The notes: generated by a model not told the origin, from the sequence alone. A stretch of DNA of 49,319 bases from Chloroflexia bacterium (GCA_045805005.1 JBJMMB010000407.1:1-49319); one strand, 5' to 3'. Shown: positions 25,673 through 35,019, counted from the first letter of the stretch. Numbers and translations are program-made.

Positions 25673-26860
25673 TTGGCCGGAGAGCCCCTGTTCCAGAGTT
25701 ATTTTATGGGTGGTTTCGAGTGCTCAACCCACCGCCCGGCATCCCGCAAGCGCCTCGATCTCATCGCCGCGACCCAACACGATAGATTCGCGCTCCACGA
25801 CTACCGGCGCCTGGCGGAACAGGGCCTCCTCACCGCCCGCGATGGTATTCGCTGGCACCTCATCGAGAAACACCCTGGCCACTACGACTTTTCGAGCGTC
25901 CTCCCTATGCTCCGCGCGGCTCGCGACGCGGGCGTGCAAGTCATCTGGGACCTCTGCCACTACGGCTGGCCCGACTTCATCGATATTTTCAGTCCCCACT
26001 TCCCGGTCGGCCTCGGCCGCCTGGCACGGGCTTTCGCCTCCCTCGTCCTGGAGGAGACGGGCCAACCGCCCTTCATCTCTCCCGTCAACGAGATTTCTTT
26101 CTTCGCCTGGGCAGGCGGCGAGGTGGGCTACTTCAACCCCTACGCCACCAACCGGGCGGGTGAGCTCAAGGCAATGCTCGTGCGAGCAGCTATCGAGGCC
26201 ATCGAGGCCACCTGGGATGTCGCCCCCGGCGCGAGGGTCGTCCACGCCGATCCGGTCATCCACGTCACATCTGACCCCGCCCGCCCGCAGGACCGCGCCA
26301 CCGCCGAGAACTACACGCTCGCCCAGTTCGAAGCCTGGGATATGCTGGCCGGCCGTCTGCACCTTGAGGTTGGCGGCGCTGAGAAGTACCTCGACATCGT
26401 GGGCATCAATTACTACCCGCACAACCAGTGGATATTCAACAATCTGCCCTTCAACCCCGCCTACGCCCTCAGCCGTTCTCACCCCCTCTACCGCCCCTTC
26501 CGCCGGATCCTGGCCGACGTTTACCAGCTCTACCACCGCCCCATCTTCATAGCCGAGACCGGGGCCGACGGAGATGAGCGGCCTCATTGGCTGCGCTACG
26601 TCTGCGAGGAGGTCCACGCCGCCCTGGCCGCGGGCGTGCCTCTAGAGGGCATCTGCCTCTATCCCATCGTCAACTTCCCCTGGTGGGACGACGACTACCC
26701 CCTGCAAAACGCCCTCTGGGGCTATCCTGACGAATCGGGCGGGCGCGCGATATACGACCCCTTGCTCCGCGAGCTTCAAAACCAGCAGCGCTTCTTCGAG
26801 CGGCTCCGGAGTGTCCCCACTGAACCTGATTACGCCGGGGGACGGGGGGAAGTGGCATGA
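25673..26860 (+). CDS. Clan GH-A (beta/alpha)8 glycoside hydrolase-like protein (GH1/GH5-like)
   Basis: FMGGFECSTH N-terminus, VNEISFFAW (NE acid/base candidate) and IFIAETGADG (E nucleophile candidate). Start is TTG 25673 (GGAGGA 4 nt upstream) or ATG 25706. Confidence 0.6.
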   Translation: MAGEPLFQSYFMGGFECSTHRPASRKRLDLIAATQHDRFALHDYRRLAEQGLLTARDGIRWHLIEKHPGHYDFSSVLPMLRAARDAGVQVIWDLCHYGWPDFIDIFSPHFPVGLGRLARAFASLVLEETGQPPFISPVNEISFFAWAGGEVGYFNPYATNRAGELKAMLVRAAIEAIEATWDVAPGARVVHADPVIHVTSDPARPQDRATAENYTLAQFEAWDMLAGRLHLEVGGAEKYLDIVGINYYPHNQWIFNNLPFNPAYALSRSHPLYRPFRRILADVYQLYHRPIFIAETGADGDERPHWLRYVCEEVHAALAAGVPLEGICLYPIVNFPWWDDDYPLQNALWGYPDESGGRAIYDPLLRELQNQQRFFERLRSVPTEPDYAGGRGEVA

Positions 26861-28032
26861 AACCCTCCCTCTTCCTCTTCACCGACAGCCTTGAGCCCTC
26901 CGGCGTCGGTGTCCACATGCTCACCCTCGCCGCCGAATTGCGCGATCGATATGATATCTCGTTCGTCTGCCCTCCCGCGCCCGCGGCCCTCTCATTCCTC
27001 GAACGAGCCGCCGCGATGGGCCTCGACATCCTTGCGATTGACCTGAACGGGGACCCGGACGCCCGCGACGAATTGTGCCAGTGGCTCCAGGCGGCGCGGG
27101 TGAGCATATTCCACTGCCACGCGGGCATAGGCTGGGAAGGCCACGGCGGCGTGTATGCCGCTCGCGACGCGGGTGTTCCGGTCGTGGTGCGCACCGAGCA
27201 CCTGCCCTATTTGATCACTAAGCCGCACGAGCAGCAAGAGCACCTGGCCGCCGCCATGATGGTCGACCGCGTCATCTGCGTCAGCCAGGAAGCCGCCTCC
27301 ACGTTCCGCGAGGCAGGGGTGCCTGCCCACAAGATAAGCGTGGTCCTCAACGGCATCCCGTTGAGCCCCAACCCGATCCGGCCTGGCCGCCTCGCCGTGC
27401 GCGAGAGCCTCGGTTTGCCCCCCACCGCCCGCATAATTCTCACGGTGGGCCGCATGACCCCGCAAAAGGGCCATCGCTATCTCGCGGCCGCCGCTCCCGC
27501 CGTTATCGTGGGCGAGCCCAACGCCTTCTTCGCCTGGCTAGGTACCGGCCCCCTCGAAGCCGAGTTGCGCGACCTGGTCGCCCGCCTTGGGGTTGCGGAA
27601 AGAGTGCTCTTCCTCGGTGCTCGCTCCAACGCGCTCGACCTCATGGCCGCCTCCGACCTGCTGGCCGTCCCCTCGCTCTTCGAGGGCCTGCCCCTAACCG
27701 TGTTGGAAGCCATGGCCGCCGGCCTCCCCATCGTGGGCACGCGCGTCTGCGGCACGAGCGAGGCGGTCTTCGACGGCCTCACCGGACGCCTGGTCGAGCC
27801 CGCAGACCCGCAAGCCCTGGCGGAAGCGATCCTGGAGGCACTCCACAACCCCGGCCTCACCGCCCGCTGGACCGCCGCCGCCCAACTCGAAGTCCAGCGC
27901 AAGTTCAGCGCGGCCCGCATGGCCGCCGAAACCGCCGCCATTTATGAGGAGCTAGTATCGACCACAACCGCAGCTAATCTGCACACAGCCGGTTACCACA
28001 CTCAACCCACCTACCAAAACCTTAACCTGTAG
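26857..28032 (+). CDS. GT4 family glycosyltransferase
   Basis: 391 aa. ATGA overlap with the upstream gene. FEGLPLTVLEAMAAGLPIVGTRVCGTSEAVFDGLTGRLV. Confidence 0.85.
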   Translation: MKPSLFLFTDSLEPSGVGVHMLTLAAELRDRYDISFVCPPAPAALSFLERAAAMGLDILAIDLNGDPDARDELCQWLQAARVSIFHCHAGIGWEGHGGVYAARDAGVPVVVRTEHLPYLITKPHEQQEHLAAAMMVDRVICVSQEAASTFREAGVPAHKISVVLNGIPLSPNPIRPGRLAVRESLGLPPTARIILTVGRMTPQKGHRYLAAAAPAVIVGEPNAFFAWLGTGPLEAELRDLVARLGVAERVLFLGARSNALDLMAASDLLAVPSLFEGLPLTVLEAMAAGLPIVGTRVCGTSEAVFDGLTGRLVEPADPQALAEAILEALHNPGLTARWTAAAQLEVQRKFSAARMAAETAAIYEELVSTTTAANLHTAGYHTQPTYQNLNL

Positions 28033-28056
28033 GGGCAGGCGCACAACCGGCCCCAC
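28029..28056. repeat. Half or short GTAGGGGCAGG element
   Basis: gtaggggcaggcgcacaaccggccccac. The TAG stop of the GT4 gene (28030-28032) lies inside GTAGGGG. Confidence 0.6.
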
Positions 28057-28082
28057 GGCAAACAAACATCAGGAGGCACAAC

Positions 28083-29045
28083 TTGGCACAGACACGAATC
28101 GGTTTCATCGGCGCGGGCATCATAGCCACCCGCCACCTGGGCGACCTGCTAAACTTCGAGGACGTGAAGGTAGTCGCCTTCGCCGACCCCGCCCTCGACC
28201 GCGCCCAGGAACTGGCCGCTCGCAGCGACGCCACGGCCTATGACGACTTCTCCCGCATGCTCGACAGTGAGCAGTTGGACGCCCTCTACATTTGCGTGCC
28301 ACCCTTCGCCCACGGCGCGCCCGAATTGGCCGCCATCGAGCGCAAGCTCCCCTTCTTCGTAGAGAAGCCCCTCGCCACCAACTTCGAGACCGCCGAGGAA
28401 ATCGCCCGCAAACTCGAAGCCGTGAAAGCTCCCACCGCCGTCGGCTACCACTGGCGTTATCTTGACATAACCGAGAAAGCCCAGGAGCTTCTCAGCCGGA
28501 ACCCCGCCCGCCTGGCCCTCGGTTACTGGCTGGATTTCACCCCGCCCCCCGCCTGGTGGGTCAAAGAGGCCCAATCCGGTGGGCAGATGGTCGAGCAGAC
28601 TACCCATATCTTCGACCTGGCCCGCCTCCTGGTGGGCGAGGTCAACAAGGTTTACGCCGCAGGCTCCCGCACCGACCGCCCTGCCTTCCCCGACTCCGAC
28701 GTCTACGATGTCTCCACCGCCACCCTCCACTTCGCCTCCGGTGCCCTTGGCTCCGTTTCCTCCACCTGCCTCCTCAACTGGCCTCACCGCGTCGGCCTCC
28801 ACCTCTTCTGCGAGGGCATGGCCATAGAGATGACCGAGTTCGAACTTATGGTGGACGTCGGCAGAGGCAGGCCCATAACCAAAGCCGAGGGCGACCCCTT
28901 CGTCCGCGAGGACCGCGACTTTATAGACGCCGTCCAGGGCAAACCCAGCAAAATCCGTGTCCCCTACGCCGAGGCCCTAAAAACGCACCGCGTAGCCACT
29001 GCCACCGCCCGCTCCGCGCATGAAGGCGCCGTTATCGAATTATGA
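28083..29045 (+). CDS. Gfo/Idh/MocA family oxidoreductase
   Basis: 320 aa. TTG start with AGGAGG 6 nt upstream. RIGFIGAGIIATRH Rossmann N-terminus and the EKPLA motif. Confidence 0.85.
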   Translation: MAQTRIGFIGAGIIATRHLGDLLNFEDVKVVAFADPALDRAQELAARSDATAYDDFSRMLDSEQLDALYICVPPFAHGAPELAAIERKLPFFVEKPLATNFETAEEIARKLEAVKAPTAVGYHWRYLDITEKAQELLSRNPARLALGYWLDFTPPPAWWVKEAQSGGQMVEQTTHIFDLARLLVGEVNKVYAAGSRTDRPAFPDSDVYDVSTATLHFASGALGSVSSTCLLNWPHRVGLHLFCEGMAIEMTEFELMVDVGRGRPITKAEGDPFVREDRDFIDAVQGKPSKIRVPYAEALKTHRVATATARSAHEGAVIEL

Positions 29046-29070
29046 ATCCTGAATCTTGAATTCTGAATTA
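29043..29070 (+). repeat. Tandem heptamer array TGAATCC TGAATCT TGAATTC TGAATTA
   Basis: It starts exactly at the TGA stop of the Gfo/Idh/MocA gene. Two further 7-nt-phase units, tcagaat tcataat, lie at 29084-29097. Confidence 0.85.
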
Positions 29071-29119
29071 TGCAAGGCGCAACTCAGAATTCATAATTTC
29101 CAACAAGAAGGAGGTAACT

Positions 29120-30154
29120 TTGAGCGCACAATCGAAAATTCAAAATTCAAAATTCAAAATTCAAAATTCTGAAAGTGTATCGTTTGGTTGGATCATGCAG
29201 CCCGCGCTTTTCGACATCCCGGAGGGCACCGACTCCCGTGACATTAGCCTGGCGCGGCAGATGATCGCCGCTAACGAGCAGCACATCGCCATCGCCCGTG
29301 CCGGCGGCTTCGACACCATCTGGGTCGAGGACCACATGGGCTGGGGCGAGAAGGCCCACCTCGAGTGCTTCACGAACATGGCCTGGCTCGCTGGCCGCCA
29401 CCCCGGCCTGCGTTACGGCACGATGGTTTGCGGCCAGGCCTTCCGCAACCCCGCCTACCTCGCCAAACTGGCGGTCAACATGCACCTCCTCACCGATGGG
29501 GCCTTTATCCTGGGCCTTGGCGCGGGCAATAATGGCGCGGAGCACGAGGCTTTTGGCTACCCCTTCCCCCAGGCCGCCGAGCGCCTCGCCCAGACCGAGG
29601 AGGCCATCAACGTCATCAAGGCCCTCTGGATCCAGAGCCCCGCCACCTTCCAGGGCGACCACTACTCCGTAACCGAGGCATTCTCCTCCCCCCTCCCCGA
29701 CAGCCCCATCCCTCTGATGATAGGCGGCGGAGGCGAGAAGAAGACGCTGCGATTGGTGGCCCAATACGCCGACTGGTGGTGCGCCGACGTGGGCCCCGCC
29801 GATGTCTTCGCCCACAAAGCCCGCGTGCTCGCCCAACACTGCGAGGCCGTGGGCCGCGACCCATCCGAAATCGTCCACTCCCAGGCCACCTGGATAAGCA
29901 TCGAAGAGGACTCCTCTCGCGCCGTCCGCTGGGACAACCTGCACATAGTAGCGGGCACCCCCGACGAAGTCACCCGCGAGCTCGAAGCCTTCATAGACGC
30001 CGGGGCCCAGCACTTTCAGATCCGCTTCATGGACTACCCCAACCCCGCGGCCATGGAGCGCTTCATAACCAAAGTCATGCCCCGCCTGGCCCCGGACCTC
30101 ACTCTACAACCCGTCAGCGTCCCCATGCCGGCAGGCGCCGGCATCCACAGCTAG
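29120..30154 (+). CDS. Luciferase-like monooxygenase (LLM) class oxidoreductase, possibly F420-dependent
   Basis: TTG start with AAGGAGG 5 nt upstream. First beta-strand VSFGWIMQP, then GFDTIWVEDH. The alternative ATG at 29195 would remove strand 1. Confidence 0.8.
   Translation: MSAQSKIQNSKFKIQNSESVSFGWIMQPALFDIPEGTDSRDISLARQMIAANEQHIAIARAGGFDTIWVEDHMGWGEKAHLECFTNMAWLAGRHPGLRYGTMVCGQAFRNPAYLAKLAVNMHLLTDGAFILGLGAGNNGAEHEAFGYPFPQAAERLAQTEEAINVIKALWIQSPATFQGDHYSVTEAFSSPLPDSPIPLMIGGGGEKKTLRLVAQYADWWCADVGPADVFAHKARVLAQHCEAVGRDPSEIVHSQATWISIEEDSSRAVRWDNLHIVAGTPDEVTRELEAFIDAGAQHFQIRFMDYPNPAAMERFITKVMPRLAPDLTLQPVSVPMPAGAGIHS
29135..29169 (+). repeat. Perfect tandem heptamer array (AAAATTC) x5 inside the 5' end of the LLM CDS
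   Basis: Read directly. It translates as KIQNSKFKIQNS. Confidence 0.95.
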
Positions 30155-30189
30155 TGCGAATTGCGGGGCGTGCGCCCCGCAATTCGCAC
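30154..30189 (+). terminator. GC-rich perfect palindrome after the LLM gene
   Basis: gtgcgaattgcggggcg tg cgccccgcaattcgcac has 17-nt arms. No U-tract, so it could be a REP-like element rather than a terminator. Confidence 0.5.
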
Positions 30190-30202
30190 CTAAATCAAAC
30201 CT

Positions 30203-31468
30203 ATGAACACACCAAACCACATCCTATTCGTCTTCTCCTGGCTCGTGGTAGGCGGCGAGGAAACCGAGGTGCGCTTGCTGGCGCGGAACCTCGATCCCAC
30301 TCGCTACCGCCTGGAGGTTGTCGCCTGCTTCAGAAAACCCGGCATGCCGGAGCACACGCACGAGCTGTTGGACGCCCTGGGCGTGCCGGTCGACCGCACG
30401 CCCTACGCCCTGTCGTTCGAGGACACTGTCGCCTACCTTGCCCGCAAGGTGCCGGCCTATGACCTCGTTGTGGCCTGCCAGGCCGTACCCGACATCTACC
30501 CCGCTCTCGAGAGCCTCCACAGCCCACCCCCTCTCATCGAGCATGGGGGCCTCGTTTCCGAGGCCCTTGCCGGTCTCAAATACCTGACCGCCCGGTACAT
30601 TGGCGTCTGCGCTTCCATACGCAATGCCGCCGCTGCTGCCATGCCGAGCCGCCCCCACCACGCCCTGGAGATCCCCTCCATGGTCGACCTCTCCGAGTTC
30701 AGCCCCGCTCATCGCCTCCCCGTCCGCGCCGAGTGGGGCGTGGCCGAAGATACCCCCGTCATAGGCTGGGTGGGACGTCTGGACCGCAAAAAGCGAGTCG
30801 AGGACTTCATACGCGCCGCCGCCATCCTTCACCACGCCCACCCCCCGGCCCGCTTCGTGGTAATAGGCGGTCCCGATGCCTTCATGCCCGAATATGCAGA
30901 CGAGTTGAGAGAGCTTGCCTCCTCACTTGGCCTCGACGGTGTGCTCACCTTCCTGGGCGACCGCCCCGACGTGCCTCGCCTGCTCTCCGGCCTTGATGCC
31001 TTCGTCTGGCTCTCGGAGAACGAAGGCATGCCCCACGTTATCTCCGAAGCCGGCGCCGCCTGTCTCCCCGTGGTCGCTACCCGCGACAACGGCACAGAGG
31101 AGCAGATAACCCACGGCCGGACGGGCCTCTTCGTCCCCTACGAAGACCCGCCCGCCGTAGCCGCCGCCCTCGACTGCCTCCTCCGCGACCCCGCCCTCCG
31201 GGAACGCCTCGGTGCCAACCTCCGCCACAAAGTGGAGCGCGAATACAGCGTCCAGGTACTCACCCGGCGTTGGCAGTCCCTCTTCGACGAGGTCATCGCG
31301 GAAGCCCGGGCCAGGTCCCTCACGCCCTCGAGCCGGGTCCTTACAACACCGAACACTGGCAAGCCGCCCGTGATCGCCAATACGGAGCCCCTAACCCCAC
31401 GCGAACCCAGTCTTGACACTCAGCGTCCTGCAAGCGCCAACAATACCACCCACGACGCTACCACCTGA
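30203..31468 (+). CDS. GT4 family glycosyltransferase with a low-complexity C-terminal tail
   Basis: 421 aa. GWVGRLDRKKR...ENEGMPHVISEAGAACLPVVATRDNGTEEQITHGRTGLFV. Confidence 0.85.
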   Translation: MNTPNHILFVFSWLVVGGEETEVRLLARNLDPTRYRLEVVACFRKPGMPEHTHELLDALGVPVDRTPYALSFEDTVAYLARKVPAYDLVVACQAVPDIYPALESLHSPPPLIEHGGLVSEALAGLKYLTARYIGVCASIRNAAAAAMPSRPHHALEIPSMVDLSEFSPAHRLPVRAEWGVAEDTPVIGWVGRLDRKKRVEDFIRAAAILHHAHPPARFVVIGGPDAFMPEYADELRELASSLGLDGVLTFLGDRPDVPRLLSGLDAFVWLSENEGMPHVISEAGAACLPVVATRDNGTEEQITHGRTGLFVPYEDPPAVAAALDCLLRDPALRERLGANLRHKVEREYSVQVLTRRWQSLFDEVIAEARARSLTPSSRVLTTPNTGKPPVIANTEPLTPREPSLDTQRPASANNTTHDATT

Positions 31469-31481
31469 ACCGATTCCTGAA

Positions 31482-31528
31482 GCTGCTATGACAGACACCA
31501 CGCGGCGCGTGGTGTCTGTCATAGCAGC
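31482..31528. terminator. Bidirectional terminator palindrome between convergent genes
   Basis: Perfect 23-nt arms gctgctatgacagacaccacgcg / cgcgtggtgtctgtcatagcagc. The right arm overlaps the last codons of the response regulator. Confidence 0.7.
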
Positions 31529-32244
31529 CCCTTCTCTCTCGCGTAAATGGCCGCTTGTGTGCGATCCCGAAGGCCCAGGCGGGTGAGGATGTTGGAGATG
31601 TGGTTCTTAACCGTGCCTTCGCTGATAATCAGGCTCTCGGCGATCTCCTTGTTGGTCGCGCCCTGGGCTATCAGGCGCAACACCTCTATCTCACGACTGC
31701 TCAAGCCCCCATGCCTGGTCTCACCCGTGGCTGCGCCAATATCCCCTCGCGCGGCAAGGGGCGGAGCCGGCGCTTCGTGCGCCTTCAAAGAAGCTACTAC
31801 CTTGCGGGCCACGATCGGGTCCAGCTGGTACATGCCCCTGTAAGCCGCATGTACCGCGCTGGCCAGGTCCTGCGCCGGTATGTCCTTGAGGAGATAACCA
31901 ATAGCCCCCGCTTGCAGGGCCTCCACCACATATTCCTCGTCATCGAAAGTGGTCAGCATCAAAATCCGGCAGTGCGGCAATTCCCGGCGCAGTTGCGCGG
32001 TGGCCGCTACCCCGTCCATCACCGGCATCCGTATATCCATCAACACCAGGTCTGGCCGCGAGGCATGCGCTTGCTCGATGGCCTCCCGGCCGTTGCCCGC
32101 GGTGGCTACTACCTCTATACTGTCCTGCAAGCTCAAAAGCGACACGATGCCGTCCCTCATGAGCCGCTGGTCGTCAACCACCAGCACCCGCACCCGCCGG
32201 TCGCTGCCCTGCTCGGGGCCTGTTTGGCTCTCATCCATACTCAT
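31519..32244 (-). CDS. NarL/LuxR-family response regulator (REC plus HTH_LuxR)
   Basis: VLVVDDQRLMRDG...DLVLMDIRMP...; C-terminal LSSREIEVLRLIAQGATNKEIAESLIISEGTVKNH. Start at M21 or M23 of the track ORF, overlapping the kinase stop. Confidence 0.85.
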   Translation of the reverse strand: MSMDESQTGPEQGSDRRVRVLVVDDQRLMRDGIVSLLSLQDSIEVVATAGNGREAIEQAHASRPDLVLMDIRMPVMDGVAATAQLRRELPHCRILMLTTFDDEEYVVEALQAGAIGYLLKDIPAQDLASAVHAAYRGMYQLDPIVARKVVASLKAHEAPAPPLAARGDIGAATGETRHGGLSSREIEVLRLIAQGATNKEIAESLIISEGTVKNHISNILTRLGLRDRTQAAIYAREKGLL

Positions 32245-33520
32245 ACTCGTGCGATTTACCTGTCTCGATTGCAGCCATCTCCACCGGCTCGCGGGCCATC
32301 CCATCTTTGGGCACCCATATTTGCAGGCAGGTACCCCTGCCGGGGCTGCTCTCCACCCGCAGCCTGCCGCCCAGCAGATCCAGGCGCTCCAGCAGCCCCT
32401 GCAAGCCGTAGCTCTCGTCCCTGCCGTTTGCCTGCCCGCCCGGCATCAATGGCTCGAAGCCCTTTCCGTCATCGCGCACCAGCAGGCTGGCTTCCTTCTC
32501 CCCAAACGTTACCTCTACGGTTACCGCCCCCGCCCCCGCGTGCTTCTGCACATTGGTGAGCGCCTCCTGCGCCGCTCTGTAGAGACCGAGTAACGCCTGC
32601 CCTGAATAGCCTTCCTCGCTGCCGCTGACCCGCAAGTCGATATCCAGGTCTCCACTCGAAGTGTGCGCGACCAGTTCCTCCAGAGCGTTCTTCAGGTCAA
32701 ACGGCCTCCTGTCCTGGGTTGCCCTCAATGCTCCCACCGAGCGCCGGACATCCTGCAGCGCCTCCCTGGCGAGCCGTTTGGCATCGGCGATAGCCTGGTC
32801 GGCGTCCTTCGGCCGGCCTTCTCTGAAAGCCAGTGCCTTCTCCAGTTGAACATTGATCACGGTCAGGTAATGGCCGAGGCTATCGTGTATATCCCGTGCC
32901 ATCCGGTTGCGCTCCCTCGTTGTGGCCAGTTCCTCCACCTGCTTCGCGTACGCCACTAACTGCCGGTTCGACTTTTCAAGCTCCTGGAGGAGCTGCTCCG
33001 AACGCGCCCGGCTGCGCTTTTCGTCGCCCACCACTTTGGCCATCGCTATCACGAACAACAGCCCCACCGAAAAGATCAAGAACTCCCGCACCGTCACCTG
33101 GTTCGTGTACCAATCGACCTGGTACCAGAACAGCTTGCCCACGTAGACGGTCAGTACGAAGCCCGCCAGCAGAAGGCAAAGCCGCATGCCCAGATAAAGG
33201 AAGCCCATGAACGGCACGACCAGGTAAAGGAACGCTGAGAAGCTAAAAGCGTCCAGTTGGGCCACTATCTCTATCAACACAATCCTGGCCGCCAGCAGGA
33301 GCGCGGCGATGTGGTTAGGGGCAGACCCCTCATAGAACCAGAAGTCCCACCTGTCTGCCAGGAGCAACGCGAAGAGGGCCATCCCCACGACAACCGTCGG
33401 GCCCCACTCTAGCGAGCGCCCGTAGTTATGGCGGTACCCGTCGTACAGGAAAAGAAGGAACGTGCCCAAATACAGCAGCGACGAAACGTTGTCGAAAGGC
33501 TTGGGAAAGAGCCAGGTCAC
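32231..33520 (-). CDS. NarL-type sensor histidine kinase (HisKA_3 plus HATPase_c) with a multi-TM N-terminus
   Basis: ERNRMARDIHDSLGHYL (H-box) and LTNVQKHAGA (N-box). Start uncertain: GTG 33520 is proposed because the track ORF up to 33751 translates two DH45 repeats. Confidence 0.75.
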   Translation of the reverse strand: MTWLFPKPFDNVSSLLYLGTFLLFLYDGYRHNYGRSLEWGPTVVVGMALFALLLADRWDFWFYEGSAPNHIAALLLAARIVLIEIVAQLDAFSFSAFLYLVVPFMGFLYLGMRLCLLLAGFVLTVYVGKLFWYQVDWYTNQVTVREFLIFSVGLLFVIAMAKVVGDEKRSRARSEQLLQELEKSNRQLVAYAKQVEELATTRERNRMARDIHDSLGHYLTVINVQLEKALAFREGRPKDADQAIADAKRLAREALQDVRRSVGALRATQDRRPFDLKNALEELVAHTSSGDLDIDLRVSGSEEGYSGQALLGLYRAAQEALTNVQKHAGAGAVTVEVTFGEKEASLLVRDDGKGFEPLMPGGQANGRDESYGLQGLLERLDLLGGRLRVESSPGRGTCLQIWVPKDGMAREPVEMAAIETGKSHEYEYG

Positions 33521-33543
33521 CAGCCCCAGCCTGCTCCGTCCGC

Positions 33544-33657
33544 GGGGAGCAGGGTCCTCCTTGCCGGGGGTTTGGGGGTGTCCCCCAACCTCTCCCCTTC
33601 CCCCCTCCCAAAGGGGTGCAGGGTCCTCCCTGCCGGGGGTTTGGGGGTGTCCCCCAA
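33544..33657 (+). repeat. Two tandem DH45 units (69-nt period)
   Basis: Units at 33544-33588 and 33613-33657, each followed by a CT-rich tail. Confidence 0.9.
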
Positions 33658-33919
33658 CTTTCCCCTTCTCCCCATTTCCATCCCCTGATCTGGCGTGAAC
33701 CCCCATGATTACCCAGCATAGCAGAAACAATATGGGGGAGCAATATGCCAAAGGTCACGCTTCGCGGCTCCGGCCTGCCATTAGTAATATGACCCCTGGG
33801 CCCCAACCGGCCCGCAAATCCTACCTCGGGCAGCCACAGAATAGCCCACCTGGCACATCTCAAACCGCCTCCGCCCGGTTATGATCGATGCTAACCGGAC
33901 TTGATATTAGGAGGCAAAC

Positions 33920-34834
33920 ATGAAAACCGCTACCCTGGACAACCCTGCCAGGCCCGCGAACGCGGTGACCCGCCCCGCCCTCAAGTGGCGCATCATCTCC
34001 ACCCTGCTGAGCACCGTGGGCCGCCTCAGCGCCGGCATCGATATAGGCTATCGCCACGGCTTCGACTCCGGCATCATGCTCGACAGGGTCTATGAGAACC
34101 GGGCCTCCGGCAGATACCTGGTCGGCCGTGTGATAGATCGCTTCTACCTCGATACGCTCGGCTGGCGGGCCATACGCGCCCGCCGCCAACTCCTCAAGCG
34201 CATCCTCCACGATGAAATAGACCGTGCGCTCGATCGCCCCGAACGGCGCGTCGTGCTCCTCGACGTAGCTTCCGGCCCGGGCCGCTACCTCCTTGAGCTT
34301 TGCCAGGAGATGAAGGCTTCCGATTCTGCCCTGGACCTCTCCGAGCGCTTGTCGGTAATCTGCCGCGACCTCAGCCTACCCGCCCTCGAACAGGGCAGGA
34401 CGCTGGCCCGATCGGCGGGTGTGCAGAATATTCGTTACGAGCCCGGCGATGCCGTCGATGGCGCTTCATTGGCCACCGTAAACCCCAGGCCGCACATCGT
34501 CGTCGTTTCCGGCCTGTACGAGCTCTTTACCGATCATACCCTCATATCCACCTCTATGTCCTGTATCTTCGACATACTCATGCCCGGTGGCCGCCTCGTT
34601 TTTACCACCCAGGTGACCCATCCACAGCTCGAGTTCATCGCGAACGTGCTGGTAAACCGCAACGGCGAACCCTGGGTTATGCTCTGCCGCTCCATTGCCG
34701 AAGTGGAGGCCCTGGCAGCCCAAGCCGGCTTCACCGTCCTCCAATCGACAACCGAACCCCTGGGCCTCTTCGCCGTCACCACCTGCGAAAAGCCACAAAA
34801 CCCCTCAACCCACCCGCCGGAGGCCGGCCGCTAG
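33920..34834 (+). CDS. Class I SAM-dependent methyltransferase
   Basis: 304 aa. AGGAGG ribosome-binding site. Motif I VLLDVASGPGRYLLE. It is the first gene of the lipid cluster. Confidence 0.8.
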   Translation: MKTATLDNPARPANAVTRPALKWRIISTLLSTVGRLSAGIDIGYRHGFDSGIMLDRVYENRASGRYLVGRVIDRFYLDTLGWRAIRARRQLLKRILHDEIDRALDRPERRVVLLDVASGPGRYLLELCQEMKASDSALDLSERLSVICRDLSLPALEQGRTLARSAGVQNIRYEPGDAVDGASLATVNPRPHIVVVSGLYELFTDHTLISTSMSCIFDILMPGGRLVFTTQVTHPQLEFIANVLVNRNGEPWVMLCRSIAEVEALAAQAGFTVLQSTTEPLGLFAVTTCEKPQNPSTHPPEAGR

Positions 34835-34920
34835 AGCTTGAGCCGCTATGGAACTCGTATTCTTGCCACCATCGCCCACCCACCATCGCCCATTGCTAGC
34901 TACAATTACTTGCAAAAGCA

Positions 34921-34976
34921 GAATTCCCCATTTTCCCTCCGCCACGCACACCACATCCCCGAAAATGGGGAATTTC
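34921..34976 (+). promoter_or_regulatory. 15-bp stem-loop between the methyltransferase and acyltransferase genes
   Basis: gaattccccattttc (34921-34935) pairs with gaaaatggggaattt (34961-34975). 25-nt loop. Confidence 0.45.
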
Positions 34977-35019
34977 CCATCCTGGCCCCTCCTACCCATT
35001 ATGCTGCACATTGTATCAA

